From Octopus sinensis (lineage: Eukaryota), in contig NC_043006.1 of assembly GCF_006345805.1 (NCBI RefSeq), positions 95,666,001 through 95,730,000 on the forward strand: a DNA stretch of 64,000 nucleotides. Reading direction: 5' to 3'. Numbering within the stretch: position 1 is the stretch's first letter; the number at the start of each line of letters is the position of its first letter. Shown one piece after another: positions 12,865 to 25,725 of the stretch. The notes below the pieces were generated by a model. The model was given only the letters and a program-made list of their open reading frames with translations, searched no databases and had not been told where the DNA came from. The position numbers and the translations under genes are program-made.

Positions 12865-15700
12865 GAGAGGAAAAAAAAATGATCAATAGGGATCGTTATC
12901 ACAGAAATGTCAATATGAAGTGTAAAGGGGAGGACACAGGTGAGGTTTACCGTGGAAAGAAAAGCCTGCGGAAAAGACCACGGTAACCTCGGTCAATGAA
13001 GTCACATTTTATATTTCTTTTCTTTTTTTTTTTTTTTTTGCAAATAAGCAACTCTCTGTTTTCGATTCTGGTTCATAGGACTATGCTCAAGGTGGCTTCG
13101 TCATTCATACGTGCCATTCTTGCTACATTCACCCATTTTTTAAAACATTCGCTAGACAAAACTTGCCTCTCTACTCTCACTTCCTTTTCAAGTGGTACTT
13201 GAAGAAGTTGATGAGAGATTGACCAGAGAGGAAGAGAGGAAGTTTTGTCTCCAATCCTTTCAGACGCGTCCACCAGATACATTCTTTCGCCATAGCCACA
13301 AGGATGATGAAAATAGCTCTTCCTTCCCGTTTGAAGGAAGGAGGCGTGACAATATTGACGATAGACTCAGCTGATAAACCGACTCGTCCCACACGTGACA
13401 GCAGTTGTTCGACATAAGCCCACAGGTCGGAAATTGTTGGACACTGAACGAGTGCGTGCAGAACGGTTTCGTCGCTCTGACCGCATCTCGGCAGGTCGGC
13501 CCCGTGTTTCTCGAGTGCCGTGTCTGTAGAGCTTATCCCGAACGGGTAGCGCTTCTCGGTAGCACTGCCAGGCCAGGGATCTCTGGAAGTTGTCCATGGG
13601 CCCTGGCCCGAAAGTCGTCCCGAACAGGCGGGTCAGGTACTCCTCGTCGACGTCCAGGTTCGCCCCGAGCTCGTCGTCGTACCTCCCCTCCACCTAAACC
13701 CCTATAGAATGCTTTGGTTGTGTTGAAGTCACTTAAGGTCGACCCAGGACGGCAGAGTTGCTTGAGAGCAACGCGACACTCGCGGTGCCATTCGCCCTTC
13801 CTCGGCCTCTTTTTGATCCACGACTGCAGTTCGGTCATGGAGACGAGCTGCGGGAAAGCGTGCCTCACAAACGGCGACCACACCTGTTCACCGTCGTCTA
13901 CATAGAGCCAGAGATGTCGCAGTCTCAGCGCGTGTCTGCGCATCATCAACCACGGCATGCCCAGCCTCCTTTTAACGGGTGTTGACAGCAATGGATCGCC
14001 TGACCATCGGGACGCATCCTTTCCACAAGAAGCGAAAGAGGATGCGTTGTAGTTTGGTGATGGTAGGGTCGGGACAAGGTACGACGGTCAGGCGGTAGTA
14101 TATGACGGACGCGATGTACGTGTTCGCCACCTCCGCTCGACCTTTTAGGGACAGTTTTTCCTCTCGGCCATTGCCGCCGGCGAGAGTGACCACCCTACTC
14201 GTTATCTCGTTCCAGTTCTTCTCCACTTGGAGGTCCGGACCAAACCAGACCCCGAGCAACTCAACCGGGCCGTCGGTCCAGCGTCCCACGACGGAGGCGC
14301 TGGTGGACGGCATGGGCTTGCTTCTCCAGGTGCCTAGTCGCAAGCCCACTGACTTTTCCCGGTTGATTTTCGCTCCTGTCACCGCTTCGTAGTTTTTCAG
14401 TGTCTCGCCGACCAGCTCGATGTGCTCGTGGCTAGACACTATGACGGTGACGTCGTCCGCGTATGCAGACACGCTCGTCCCGCATCCCAATTCTCGCGGG
14501 ATGCCCCTTAGAGTCGCCAGCTTCCGCAGTAGTGGCTCAAGAGTCAATACGTATAGAAGCGCCGAGAGGGGCATCCCTGACGGACCGAACGTGCAATGTC
14601 GAAAGGTCTCGATAGATGTCCATTTACGCGAATTACCGAACGGATGCCTCTGTACAAGGCAGCTATCCAGCCGCGGAAGACGGGACCGAAACCAGCCGCT
14701 CTCAGGACTGCCTCCAAGTATCGATGGTCTACCTATCAAAGGCTTTTGATTGATCCAAGTTGATCAGGGCCCCACCCATGCCAGGTTCGTTAACTACCCT
14801 GTCTATGATGTAGCGCATCAGATGGAGGTTGTCATGGATGGTCCGGCCTGGCACGGCGCATGTTTGCGCCTTGTCGACCAGTTTCTCGATGACAAGCGCC
14901 AACCTCTTGGCTAGCACCTTCGCCAAAATTTTCAAGTCTGCATTAAGCAGAGTGATGGGCCTAAAGTTATCTATTACATTTCCCTTGTTTAGATCTTTCT
15001 TCAGCAGTGTTACGGCTCCTCGGCTCACAAAACCAGGAATGCTCCCGTTTTGCTGCCAGTTGCAGTACACCGCCGCCAAGAGATCTCCAAACAAGTCTGG
15101 CATACAATTGTAAAGCTCGTAGGGTAGACCATCCAAACCCGGTGATTTGTCCCTCGAGCATTCTGCCATCGCTTCCCGCACTTCCGCCGCCGTGATGGCA
15201 CCTTCGCAGCACCCTGCCTTTCTTGTCGAGGTCGTGGTAGGCTATGTAGGTAGGCACTGAAGTCCACCCTACGTTCTTGCCCTCCACTCGTTCGAACAGT
15301 CGGGCAAAATGCTGCTGAAAGGCCTCACACATTTTACTTGGCTCGAGCAATTCGCGCCCCTGTTCATCTACCAGTGACCGAATGGTGGCTTTGTTGCCCT
15401 GTTGCGCCTCTGCCACCCGGGCCTCTCTCGCGGCTCCAACACCTTCGTTCCTTAGAGCACACATCCTAGCTCTGACAGCACATCCTTCGTGTTTGGCGTT
15501 GAAGTGTTGGTCGAGGGCCACCTCGCCGCAAAACGTCGGATGCGATGCCGCTTCTAATTGCCTCTTCTAGCTTCTTAACTAGCTCACCCTCTACTCTATT
15601 TCTATCTATGCTAGTGCTTTGCTGTACCTAATCGCTTCTGCTTTTACTGCTCTCTTGAGGGCAAACACCCTTTGTTGTTGATGATGACTCCGTCGGTAGA
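12655..15700 (-). mobile_element. Tx1/L1-clade LINE copy 2: ORF2 RT and C-terminus, 5'-truncated (no endonuclease), frameshifted
   Basis: KSPGLDGLPYELY; NFRPITLLNADLKILAKVLAKRL; LDQSKAFDR; PLSALLYVLTLEP; SAYADDVTV; LSLKGRAEVANTY; LFRFLWKG; 3' UTR ending AATAAAGAAACATA. Confidence 0.92.
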
Positions 15701-15825
15701 AGATAGATAGATAGATAGATAGATAGAAGATGATAGATAGATAGATAGATATTAGATAGATAGATAGATAGATAGACAGAAAGACAGACAGATGGATAGG
15801 TAGATAGATAGATAGATAGATAGAT

Positions 15826-16013
15826 ATGTTTCTTGTTTCTTTATTAGCCACACAGGATGCACACAGATAGAACAAATTACAAGGTAGAGCTTTCTTTGAA
15901 GGTATAAAAAAAAAAAAAAAAAAAAAAAAAAGGGAAGGGGGAGGTTCGATCAAAAGGGATCGTAAAAGGGGAGAAAGAGGACAAAAATAAGGGGGGTTAA
16001 AAAAAAAAAAAAA
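15826..16013 (-). mobile_element. Tx1/L1-clade LINE copy 3, 3' UTR only
   Basis: Near-identical to 12655-12880; flanked by (GATA)n on both sides. Confidence 0.85.
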
Positions 16014-16014
16014 T

Positions 16015-16086
<72 letters not shown>

Positions 16087-16087
16087 T

Positions 16088-16199
<112 letters not shown>

Positions 16200-16644
16200 G
16201 TAGATCTAGACGCTCCTGTACGACAGTCGAAGAAGTTTGGAAGAAGCGTGGGAAATAAGTACGAGGCAATTAAACATGCATATTTCAACCGAATTCTAGA
16301 TTGGATGCACAGATAATCGGAAAACTAGCGTCTGCTTACAATGTTAGATTCGCTGCAATCGGACTGTTTTTGTTGAGGAAACCATTTCGGAATTGAATTT
16401 GAATTAGTATTCCACGTCAAAACTACACATAATGAACTTAGGCAGAATGCCATGTATTCATTGTTCGCATATAAAGCGATTGGTGTAATGAAGTTAGCGA
16501 AGTTTTCAATTATCTGACTCTGGTTACAACGTACATACGTACACACACACATACACACCTTCACACACACACACACACACACACATATGTATGTATGCCA
16601 GTGTGGGTATGTGCATAGGCATATGTGTATGGATTATATATGTA

Positions 16645-16684
<40 letters not shown>

Positions 16685-16705
16685 TATATATATATACATA
16701 CATAC

Positions 16706-16797
<92 letters not shown>

Positions 16798-17472
16798 TAT
16801 ATATATATATATATATGTATGTATAATATCTATGTGGATTTATTTATGCATGTATGTGTGCGTGTATGTATAATTGCACATGGATATGTCTGTATATGTC
16901 TATATATATATATATGATTGTATGTGCTGGTCGTGTGTTATAATGTGTATATATTTGTGCATAAATGGATTATATGAATATATATATAAACAAATGTCTA
17001 AGAATCTGCATATATAATTCGAATTATTTTTATTACTATTCTTATTATCATTACTGTTATATGCACATGTACAAAGACAATATATATGCAAGCATAGATG
17101 CATACTTGCATACATGTATATACGCGTGTGTATGTATACATATAGGTATGTAAGTATGAAGTTATGTAAAATTAGTGTATTTATTTTCTCTACCTATCAC
17201 GTGACATGTCTAATTCCTTTCTATGAACAACAATAGTTTTGATCTTTCCATCTTTTTCTTCTCTAATATGGAACATGAATTTTAGTGTCAGCTTACGTAT
17301 CTACATACAATTCAATATTCTGTGATATATTTATGTAAAAGAATTTTTCCTATGCTTTATAATCATCTTCAGTGTAATTCGAAAATTGAAGGAGTAAATT
17401 ATAGCTAAATTTTCATATTCTACATCGTTATTTCTTTTTCTCCGCGCTCTCTAGACGTACTTATCTTATCGT

Positions 17473-17847
17473 GGAGGTGCAATGGCCCAGTGGTTAGGGC
17501 AGCGGACTCGCGGTCATAGAATCGCTGTTTCGATTCCCAGCCCGGGCGTTGTGAGTGTTCATTGAACGAAAACACCTAAAGCTCCTCGATCTCCGGCAGT
17601 GGGTGGTGGTGGTGAACCCTGCTGTACTCTTTGACCTCAACTTAGTCTTTCTTCCTGCTTCTGTTATACCTGTATTTCAAAGGGCAAGCCTTGTCACAGT
17701 CACTGTCACGCTGAATCTCCCCGTGAACTACGTTAAGTGCACACGTGTCTGTGGAGTGCTCAGCCACTTGCACGTTAATTTCACAAGCAGGCTGTTCCAT
17801 TGCTTGGATCAACTAGAGACCTTGTCGTCGTAACCGACGGAATGCCC
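17473..17847 (+). mobile_element. tRNA(Arg)-like SINE (family B), full length
   Basis: ggaggtgcaatggcccagtggttagggcagcggactcgcggtc (TCG anticodon-like loop), B-box-like gtttcgattccc, 3' gtcgtaaccgacggaatgcc; lies between two copies of an older ~110-bp duplication (17361-17467 and 17851-17968). Confidence 0.85.
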
Positions 17848-18249
17848 CTGTAATATTCATCTTCAGCGTAATTCGAAAATTGAAGGACTAAATTCTAGCT
17901 AAGTCGTCGTATTCTACATCGTTATTTCTTTTCTCCACTCTCTCCAGACACAGGTTCTCTTTATCTTTACATCTTTTCGATGCTGAGTATTCTTGATTAT
18001 ATCTATACATTACTAGATAAATTTAAATCGGATTTATTTTTGAAATGTACGTATAAAAATTAAGGTGGCAAGCTCTGTGATTGCGCAGTTACACTAGCTT
18101 TACTGGTCTGCCCATGCTGTGGGAATGTCCGGCCATCATTTTACCCAGATATTGATTTACAGTCAGAAAGGGAAGATAAGGCAGCAAACAGGAAGAATTT
18201 TAAGGACGTCGGACAAAATTCTAAGTAGCATTTCATCCGTGTATATCTT

Positions 18250-18330
18250 TTGAGTTCAAATCCCACAGAGGTGAACTTTGCCTGTTATCACTTCGGTCAA
18301 ATAAGGTACCACTCAAATATTGGAATCGAT
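18250..18330 (+). mobile_element. SINE family C fragment
   Basis: gagttcaaatcccacagaggtgaactttgcc...gatgtaatcgac. Confidence 0.5.
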
Positions 18331-19689
18331 GTAATCGACATGCCAATTCCCCACAAAATTACTGACATCGAACCCGTCAAAGGATCAACATCCCATTCAG
18401 AGGGAATGTTGTGATCTTGGTCACCTGTGCACAATGAAAGCTGGATAACCGGTCTTATAAGTTCTAGGGATAGAGGGAAAGAGAGCGAAAAACGAAAAGG
18501 TGAGTAAAAAGAGCGATTCAAAGATATAATACAATAAAGCATGAAACGAGTGACTCCAACGTGTAGAAATGGAAATCTTAGACCAAAAACCAACATAAGG
18601 AGAGGTGGATAATCCCTTAAGGGGCTCAGAGTTTCGAGACACCAAACACACAGGGAACTCAAAGATGAGCGTAAATAATTTCAAATTTTTGCCACAAGGC
18701 ATAATTTTTTTCTTTTTCTTTTAAAAAATCTTATTTGCTGTAATTTGAGGCAACAGTTTTACTACTGCTTCTAGCAGTTTTTCTGTTTTTCGACCCTGGA
18801 AGGTTGAAAATCAAAATTGATCAACATGATTTGAACTCGAAACACCACGAACTGCCATAAAATACCTCAGTTTTACTAATGATTCTACAATTCAAACAAA
18901 ACCATTCTTAATCTATTCCTAAAATGTCTCTCTTTATTCCAAACACAGAACATTCTCACAAGAGTATTCTAAAGGTTCTTCCTCATAGTTTTTTTCTTTC
19001 CCTTTTAAAAAAAAAATCAAGCTTGTTGGTTGTAATTTGAGGCAGCAGTTTTACTGCTGTTTCCAGCAGCTGAAAAAGCCACCAACCACAAGGAAAAGAC
19101 ACCGGATATATACGATGGCGATGTGGCGTATAGGGAGGTGTCGATTGGATTTATTATACGAAGCAGAGATGTAAAGTGTGAAAAACATACTAACGACATC
19201 TGTTGCATCTGTTGTTCTGTTAGATGACGGAAAGCGAGAAATCGGCTTACAAGATGATTAATATGTCGAAATTCCCCAAGATACGTAAGAGGTCATTTAA
19301 TAAAACGATAAATCATTTCTCCATTTCAATTAGCTTCACACGGTCGTAATCTGAATTAAAGATCTCTTCTGTTTCGTAACCGACTGATTGGTTTACACAA
19401 ACGTGTCCAGAAAGTGAGTGAAACAGAGAGACGGGGAAGAGAGAGAGAGAGAGAGGGAGGGAGAGGGAAAGGGCGAGAAAGAGGATTACACACATGTACA
19501 CACATATATACAAACATACACACACATGCATACACACACATACAAGCACACACACATACATGCACACACACATACATGCACACGCATACAGACACGCGTA
19601 CAAAAGCATATACGACGCTCGCACAAATACGAGCACGCACAAACATACATATATGTACATATATATACATGTACGTATATATATATATA

Positions 19690-19738
<49 letters not shown>

Positions 19739-20003
19739 GTACATGTATATATATATATATAAATACACATATACGTAGATATATATATATATAAATACAT
19801 ACATATATATATATATACACACATATATGCAGGTATGTATACATGTGTGTACGCATGTATGTATTTAAGGGTGTGTATGTATGTATACGTTGTTTTCCTC
19901 GCAAAAACATCGGAGTTACATATAAATACGGATATACTTCGAACAAATACATACACCATCATATACAGACACATCAAATACCCAAGTGTGTGTGTGTGCG
20001 TGT

Positions 20004-20143
20004 AATTATAACCACAACCTGGCTTTTGCCTCGCCACGCACTGAAAATAGACGTCACGAGACACTATTACGACCTGTAGTAGTTTCTCTTGCCGTCTATT
20101 ATTAGGTGCGTGGTGAGGCACAAGCCAAGCCCTTGTTATAATT
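20004..20143. repeat. Imperfect 140-bp foldback hairpin (MITE-like)
   Basis: Arms pair along almost their full length (aattataac..tggctt.tgcctc.ccacgcac..aatagacg..gaga.acta.tac) around a 5-nt loop gacct. Confidence 0.75.
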
Positions 20144-20229
20144 CTTTATATAATGTACCAATGATGTTTTATTCCCGCGCTGACCACGTGGTATAAATCA
20201 TTAATGATTTCTACCCAGTATATAAATAT

Positions 20230-20275
<46 letters not shown>

Positions 20276-20371
20276 GTATATATATACATATATATATACA
20301 TATATATATACACACACACACACATTTTTTTTTTCTAGTTTCAGCTCAGAGCTGCGGCTATGCTGGTGCAC

Positions 20372-20434
<63 letters not shown>

Positions 20435-20906
20435 AGTATGTATGTATATGTATGTATATATCATCTATCTTTTGTTTCACTCCTTCGGCATTGGCCTTGC
20501 CAGGAAACCGCATTGGAGGGTCTAGTCGAAGATATATAGAGCCTCAGTAATTTTTTAAACGTGGCACCTATTCCTTAGGTCTCAATTGCGGAAACGTAAA
20601 TAAACCAACAACGGCTGGACAAACACAAAACCACACATACAAAGCCAACAATTCATAAGGCTTTTGATGTCCCGCGGATACACTCATTCAAAGTTTCACG
20701 TAGTAAGTACGAACCCAAGGTCACATACTTGGGGAGCACTTTTGTGTGTGTTCGTGCGTTTGCGTTTGTGTGTGAATTAATTCTAAGCTTTGAGAGAATT
20801 TTTGCCAAACTTGCATTTTCGAATTTAATTTAAATTTCTTGATAAATCATACATTATTTTAATTATTTACATATGACGGATATTTGTCCTCATCTTGTTT
20901 GTTGTT

Positions 20907-20952
20907 AACACAACGTTTCGGCTGATATACCCTCTAGCCTTCGTCAGGTGTC
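20907..20952 (-). ncRNA. Minimal type I hammerhead ribozyme (PLE-type)
   Basis: GACAC-CUGACGA-A-GGCU..AGCC-GAAACGUU-GUGUU: core intact, stem II 4 bp, palindromic ACGU stem III, stem I 5 bp; predicted cleavage between 20912 and 20911. Confidence 0.7.
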
Positions 20953-21015
20953 TTGGGGGAAATTTCGAACCTGGATTCTCATTCCTAAGGTATTTTCGAT
21001 GTTATTATTATTATT

Positions 21016-21542
21016 TAGTAGTTTTATTTTTATAGCGTGCTTTCACTTCACTACCGAGCGCAGCTCTGTGATACTTGGGTATGTGCTTTGATTTGTTGTA
21101 ATGCTCTGATGGTTACTGTATTGAAAGTGTTTTGCGTAGGATGTGTGCAGTGCCCAGCAGTGCAATTGTCTGTATGTTATATACATTTGTAAGTCCTGCT
21201 GTTTTTGTTACGTATTTGTCTGAATATCTTTTCATCATGCCTCATGCGCCTACTATTATAGGATTTCTTTCTGTTTTTAGATTCTGTATTCGAGTTGCCT
21301 CTATTTCCAGGTCTTTGTATTTTGAAAGTTTCTCCATTTCTTTTAGAGACACGTTGTCATCTGCTGGTATTGATACATCAATTAGAAAGCATTTTTTTCT
21401 TCATGATCTCTGACAATTATATCTGGCCTATTGGCCTTAATTTCTCTATCTGTGTGTATTAGCATATCCCAGAGTACGGTTGCTTTCTCGTTTTCTGCGA
21501 CCTTTTCTGGTGTGTGCCTATACCATCTTTTTCTGTTGTTGT
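21016..21542 (-). mobile_element. R4/Dong-clade LINE 3' fragment (RLE domain) inserted in (TAA)n
   Basis: KRWYRHTPEKVAENEKATVLWDMLIHTDREIKANRPDII..CFLIDVSIPADDNVSLKEMEKLSKYKDLEIE..IALLGTAHILRKTL; (TAA)n on both sides. Confidence 0.9.
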
Positions 21543-21869
21543 TATTATTATTATTATTACTATTATTATTATTAATGTCACTGCCTTGAATCGAACTCTG
21601 AATTTTGGGGTTAGTAGCCCGCGCTCTTAACCACTACGCCATATGGCCGTGGGCAATTATGGAGTGAGTTATGTACAATGTAAATAATGTACATAATTCC
21701 TCATCTCTTCAATATAGAATTGTACTTGATAAATCATTTTGGAGGAAATATCGTTGTAACTATCAAAATAAAATAATTCAGCCGACACCATGTATTGAGT
21801 TAGTTATTCAGTCGACATTTGTTGCTTAACAAATATAGATAATTGGAAACATCAATATGGATTTCAGCT

Positions 21870-22020
21870 TTGGCACAAGGACGTCAATTTCTGGCGAAGG
21901 TAATTTCGAGGTCAATTGAAGTGAACCACGGAGCGGATTTGAACTTAGGACATAAAGACGGACATATAATTTCGTTGAGCATTGTGTCTGGCGTGCAAAC
22001 GGTTCTCCCAGCTCACCGCA
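21870..22020 (-). mobile_element. Degenerate SINE family C
   Basis: ttggcacaagg...ggatttgaacttaggacataaagacggac...ccagctcaccgc. Confidence 0.55.
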
Positions 22021-22741
22021 TTAATTGAAGACCTCAATAACAATAATTCGTGTATTGCACAGCGGTTTTTTTTTGCTTCTTTCATTTTTTTCAGTTGCTG
22101 ATTATTCGTAAGAATTCATTCATTGCAATTATTTAATTTAAAGAGTCGCCGTTTATAGACTCGACTCGATTCTAATTAATTACAGGCCTCTCTTAGTAAA
22201 TAAATGTTTCGATTACATAAAGTATAATGTGTCTTCTGAGGGTTGTGAGTTTCTAGTTACCACATACGTAGGGAATTTAATACACACATACACACACGTT
22301 ATACTACAAATCCACAAGAGTTCATATGTCTGTGTGTGTATGTGGGGGTGGGTAATGAATGATACAAAGAAATAGTGCTTGTGAATGCGTGTATACTTGT
22401 ACATATGTATGTATATTCTGCTGCATTAGAAGTAGAAGGAAGAGGTTATTCTCTTATGATATACATTACAGCGAAATCCATATTTAGCATCTACATGTGC
22501 CTTAACCTGCAAAGAATAAATATACGAATTAATATTATACACATTATGTATGTGCGATGAGTGTGTCTCTGTATATGTTTCTCTGTGTGTGCGTGTGTGT
22601 ACATATAATCACATGGAACTATCAGTCTGCCTAACTACGTACCTAAATTTTAGCTGATATTACTGGCTTAGAAAATCCATATTTACAAACATTTCGGAAG
22701 CTTACATACGCAATATTTCATACCATATATATATGTATATT

Positions 22742-23265
22742 AAATAAATCGAGATGGTGACTGCACTCCAGAAATAAGACGGCGGATAGTACTAGGCAGA
22801 GAGGCAATGGTCAGAATGAGCAGGGTCTGGAAGAGTAGAGACATCAGACTCGCTACCAAATGCGAGACCTGGACACTAAAGAAAGCTGACCAGAAGAGAA
22901 TTAATGCATTCGAGCTTTGGTGTTGGAGAAGACTTTCACGGATTCCATGGACAGTGAGGCTCACCAACCGAGAAGTTCTTAAGCAGATCAGGCCGAAAAT
23001 GTCGCTGGAGGTTAAGATCACCAAGCATAGATTGGCATATTTTGGTCATACTATACAGAGAAAATCCCTGGAGAAGGACATCATGCTCGGAATGGTCAGT
23101 GGCAAGAGAGGAAGAGGCCAACCAAGAACCTGCTGCCTTGACACCATCAAGAGTGATACCGGAATGGGCATAGCCAATCTGAAAGAAGCGACCCAGGATA
23201 GAACTGACTGGAGGACACTGATCCATCGAGTAACCGAGAGTCGACTTCGACTGAGCGGACAGATA
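22742..23265 (+). mobile_element. RTE-clade LINE 3' fragment
   Basis: EIRRRIVLGREAMVRM..CETWTLKKADQKRINAFELWCWRRL..LAYFGH..GKRGRGQP..LKEATQDRTDWR; followed by a (TACA)n tail. Confidence 0.9.
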
Positions 23266-23359
23266 GATAGATTACATACATACATACATACATTAACACA
23301 TACATACATACACACATACATACATATACACACACATACATACATACAGACATACGGGA

Positions 23360-24115
23360 CGATAGTAACATTGATCATCAAAACAGTCTATCACAGCCGG
23401 TTTACTGCCTTCCCCTTTCAAGGGTATACGTTTGCAATCCTGGAACAGGAAATATTAACCAAACACCTGATGCAGAAAAGGGACAGAGATGCAGGAAAAG
23501 CTATAAAATGTGACAACCGATGTAAAATTTGTGGAATTCACACTGAAGATATCACCCACATCATGTGTAGTTGTCCGAAAATGTTATCACGGTATTATCT
23601 ACCGATGAGACATGATGTTGCAGCTAGGATACTCTATATGAAACCCGTCAGAAAGCTAACTCCGAGGACAAAGGAATAAGAATCCACAGTATGGTTGAAG
23701 CCATAGCCACTCAAAATAAAAAGGAGTACTGGTGGAATGAACCAATGAAGAACTCAATAAACTGTAAGCACAACAGACTTGATATGAGGATTTGGGATAG
23801 AGAATAGAAACTTCGCACATTTGTGGAAATCAGCTGCCCAGCAGATGTTAACATAAAGCTGAAGATAAGTGAAAAAGAGAAAACCTATTCTGAACTATTG
23901 AGAAATCTGAAGTTACTCAAACCAGATTACAAGTTCAGGTTTAAATTTGTAATTAATGGAGCCCTGAGATATGTTACACACTGCGTAAATACCAATCTTG
24001 AGAAATTAGGCTTCTGAAAACCAGAAAGGAAAAAGCTAATTCGAAGATCACACATCCAAGCCAGCACTGAAGCTGTGAGAATCTGTGAAACTTGCCAGAA
24101 GTTTATCATATAAAT
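23360..24115 (+). mobile_element. R4-clade RLE LINE 3' fragment (family 2): CCHC finger plus RLE domain
   Basis: EQEILTKHL..CKICGIHTEDITHIMCSCPKM..RHD; VEISCPADVNI..EKEKTYSELL; ends CQKFII* then TA-rich sequence; homologous to 47503-48240. Confidence 0.85.
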
Positions 24116-25676
24116 ATATATCAGTATGTCCAGATATGTAACTATATGTATGAGAATACACACACAAAGCAAAACATACTAATCTGCACATATACATACA
24201 TATATACGAACATACATACATATAATAATTCCCTGTTGTTGATGTTGAAATTCCAATGAAGGAACCTTGGATCCAGGTTAGAAACCGGTTCTTCCTCTAT
24301 TGGCAAAAAATCTTGCAATAGACTGAACAATGACATACATACATACATACATATATAGATATGTGTATGTGTACATATGTAAATATATGTGTGTACGCAA
24401 TATGTAGTTATGAGGTACTAACAGTTTCATACCGTGGTCTACACAGGCTTTAATAACCCTCCTAGTGTCTCCAAGCAAGTATTTGTTTTGCCCGTTTCTT
24501 AAAGTGAAATCCTGTGTCAAAAGAGATTACTGTTATATTTGGAGTCGGTCATTTCGCCAGTAAACACACGAACTATTAATTTGAACATCGTCTTAGCTTT
24601 ATCCTTATTATTAGTATTTTTGTCTGAGTTTTTCTTCACACGTTCTGTGACCTTTTCAATGGTTATCTGTTCTTCGAGTCTCCTCTTCTCTCTGGTCTTG
24701 TCCTGTCTATTCTATCTTGTTTTATTTATGATATGTATCCGTATCTTGGTATGTGTTTGTGCGTGTATCAGGGTGCAGAATGTGCATGCGCGTCTTGTGT
24801 GCGTGTATTTGGCTTTGTATATTTTCTTTTCCCTATTCTGTCTTCAATCATCAGGTTGTGGGGTTGAAAGCAGTGGACGAGGTTTATTACGCTGTTTACG
24901 TTTTCTGTTAAGTTTCGGTTTATTTTCTTTTATCGGTGTGGTCTCATAGTGTCGTGTGTGTTCATCCTAACATCTGTTATCTATCGAGTCCCTATGCTCT
25001 AACATATTAGCATGCTGATGTAACAGTGACGTGCTTTTCTCCTCCTTGAGTTACCACCAGTGTGGCCATTTATGCTCTCTCCTCTGACTCGGACTGTTTC
25101 TCCACAGCCCATTGTATAGGAGAGAGGATAATTTGTCCTGGTTCTGAAAATAAATTTAGATTCACTTTCACGCAATTACTCGAAATTATTGAAGGTTTAT
25201 TACGTTTATCTGTTAATTTTAAATTATTTGGGAGGGTCATTATGCTAATAATTAAAACACACGCACTAGTTTAACATCACTTCTTTATTGTTAGTTGGTT
25301 AAATATCAAACCAGGTAATGATCGATCGTTTGTTTAGTGCGCTGGTTAAACAATCAATAAGTTGTTTGTTTGTCAAAGTTCTTTCGTCGCTATTTGCGAC
25401 CTCATCAAAGTCTGCCCTGTGTTTGTAACTCAGGCGAAACTAGGACTCTATCGAAATCACATGCGATTAAAGGTGTTACGACTAGGAACATTTTACTGAA
25501 AAATCTGGAATGGTTTTGAGGGACGTTCGGCTGGTACCTTTAGCAATGTTCTTATGATGACGAACGGGTAAAATGGCTAATAACGAGTGTAGTTGGTGAG
25601 TGGCTGGTTGGATGGGTAAACAACTGCTAGTGAAGAAGAAGGGGCAGAAGGAGAAAGAGATGAAGAAGAAGAGGAA

Positions 25677-25725
<49 letters not shown>

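Larger units (their letters stand above)
20851..21724 (-). mobile_element. tRNA-headed SINE with hammerhead-containing PLE-like tail; 13-bp TSD; nested Dong-like fragment
   Basis: TSD cttgataaatcat at 20838-20850 and 21725-21737; minus-strand A box TGGCGTAGTGG and B box AGTTCGATTC in 21575-21645; tail homologous to 7657 and 52448. Confidence 0.8.

Noticed and set aside
22807-23679. 290-aa ORF as a real chimeric gene
   Set aside because: It is an RTE 3' fragment, a (TACA)n tail and an R4-clade fragment that happen to be in frame; the flanking parts of both elements have stops and deletions.
25260-25480. Cluster of forkhead-like and TCF-like motifs as an enhancer
   Set aside because: Such short AT-rich motifs are expected by chance in this composition; there is no conservation or chromatin evidence.
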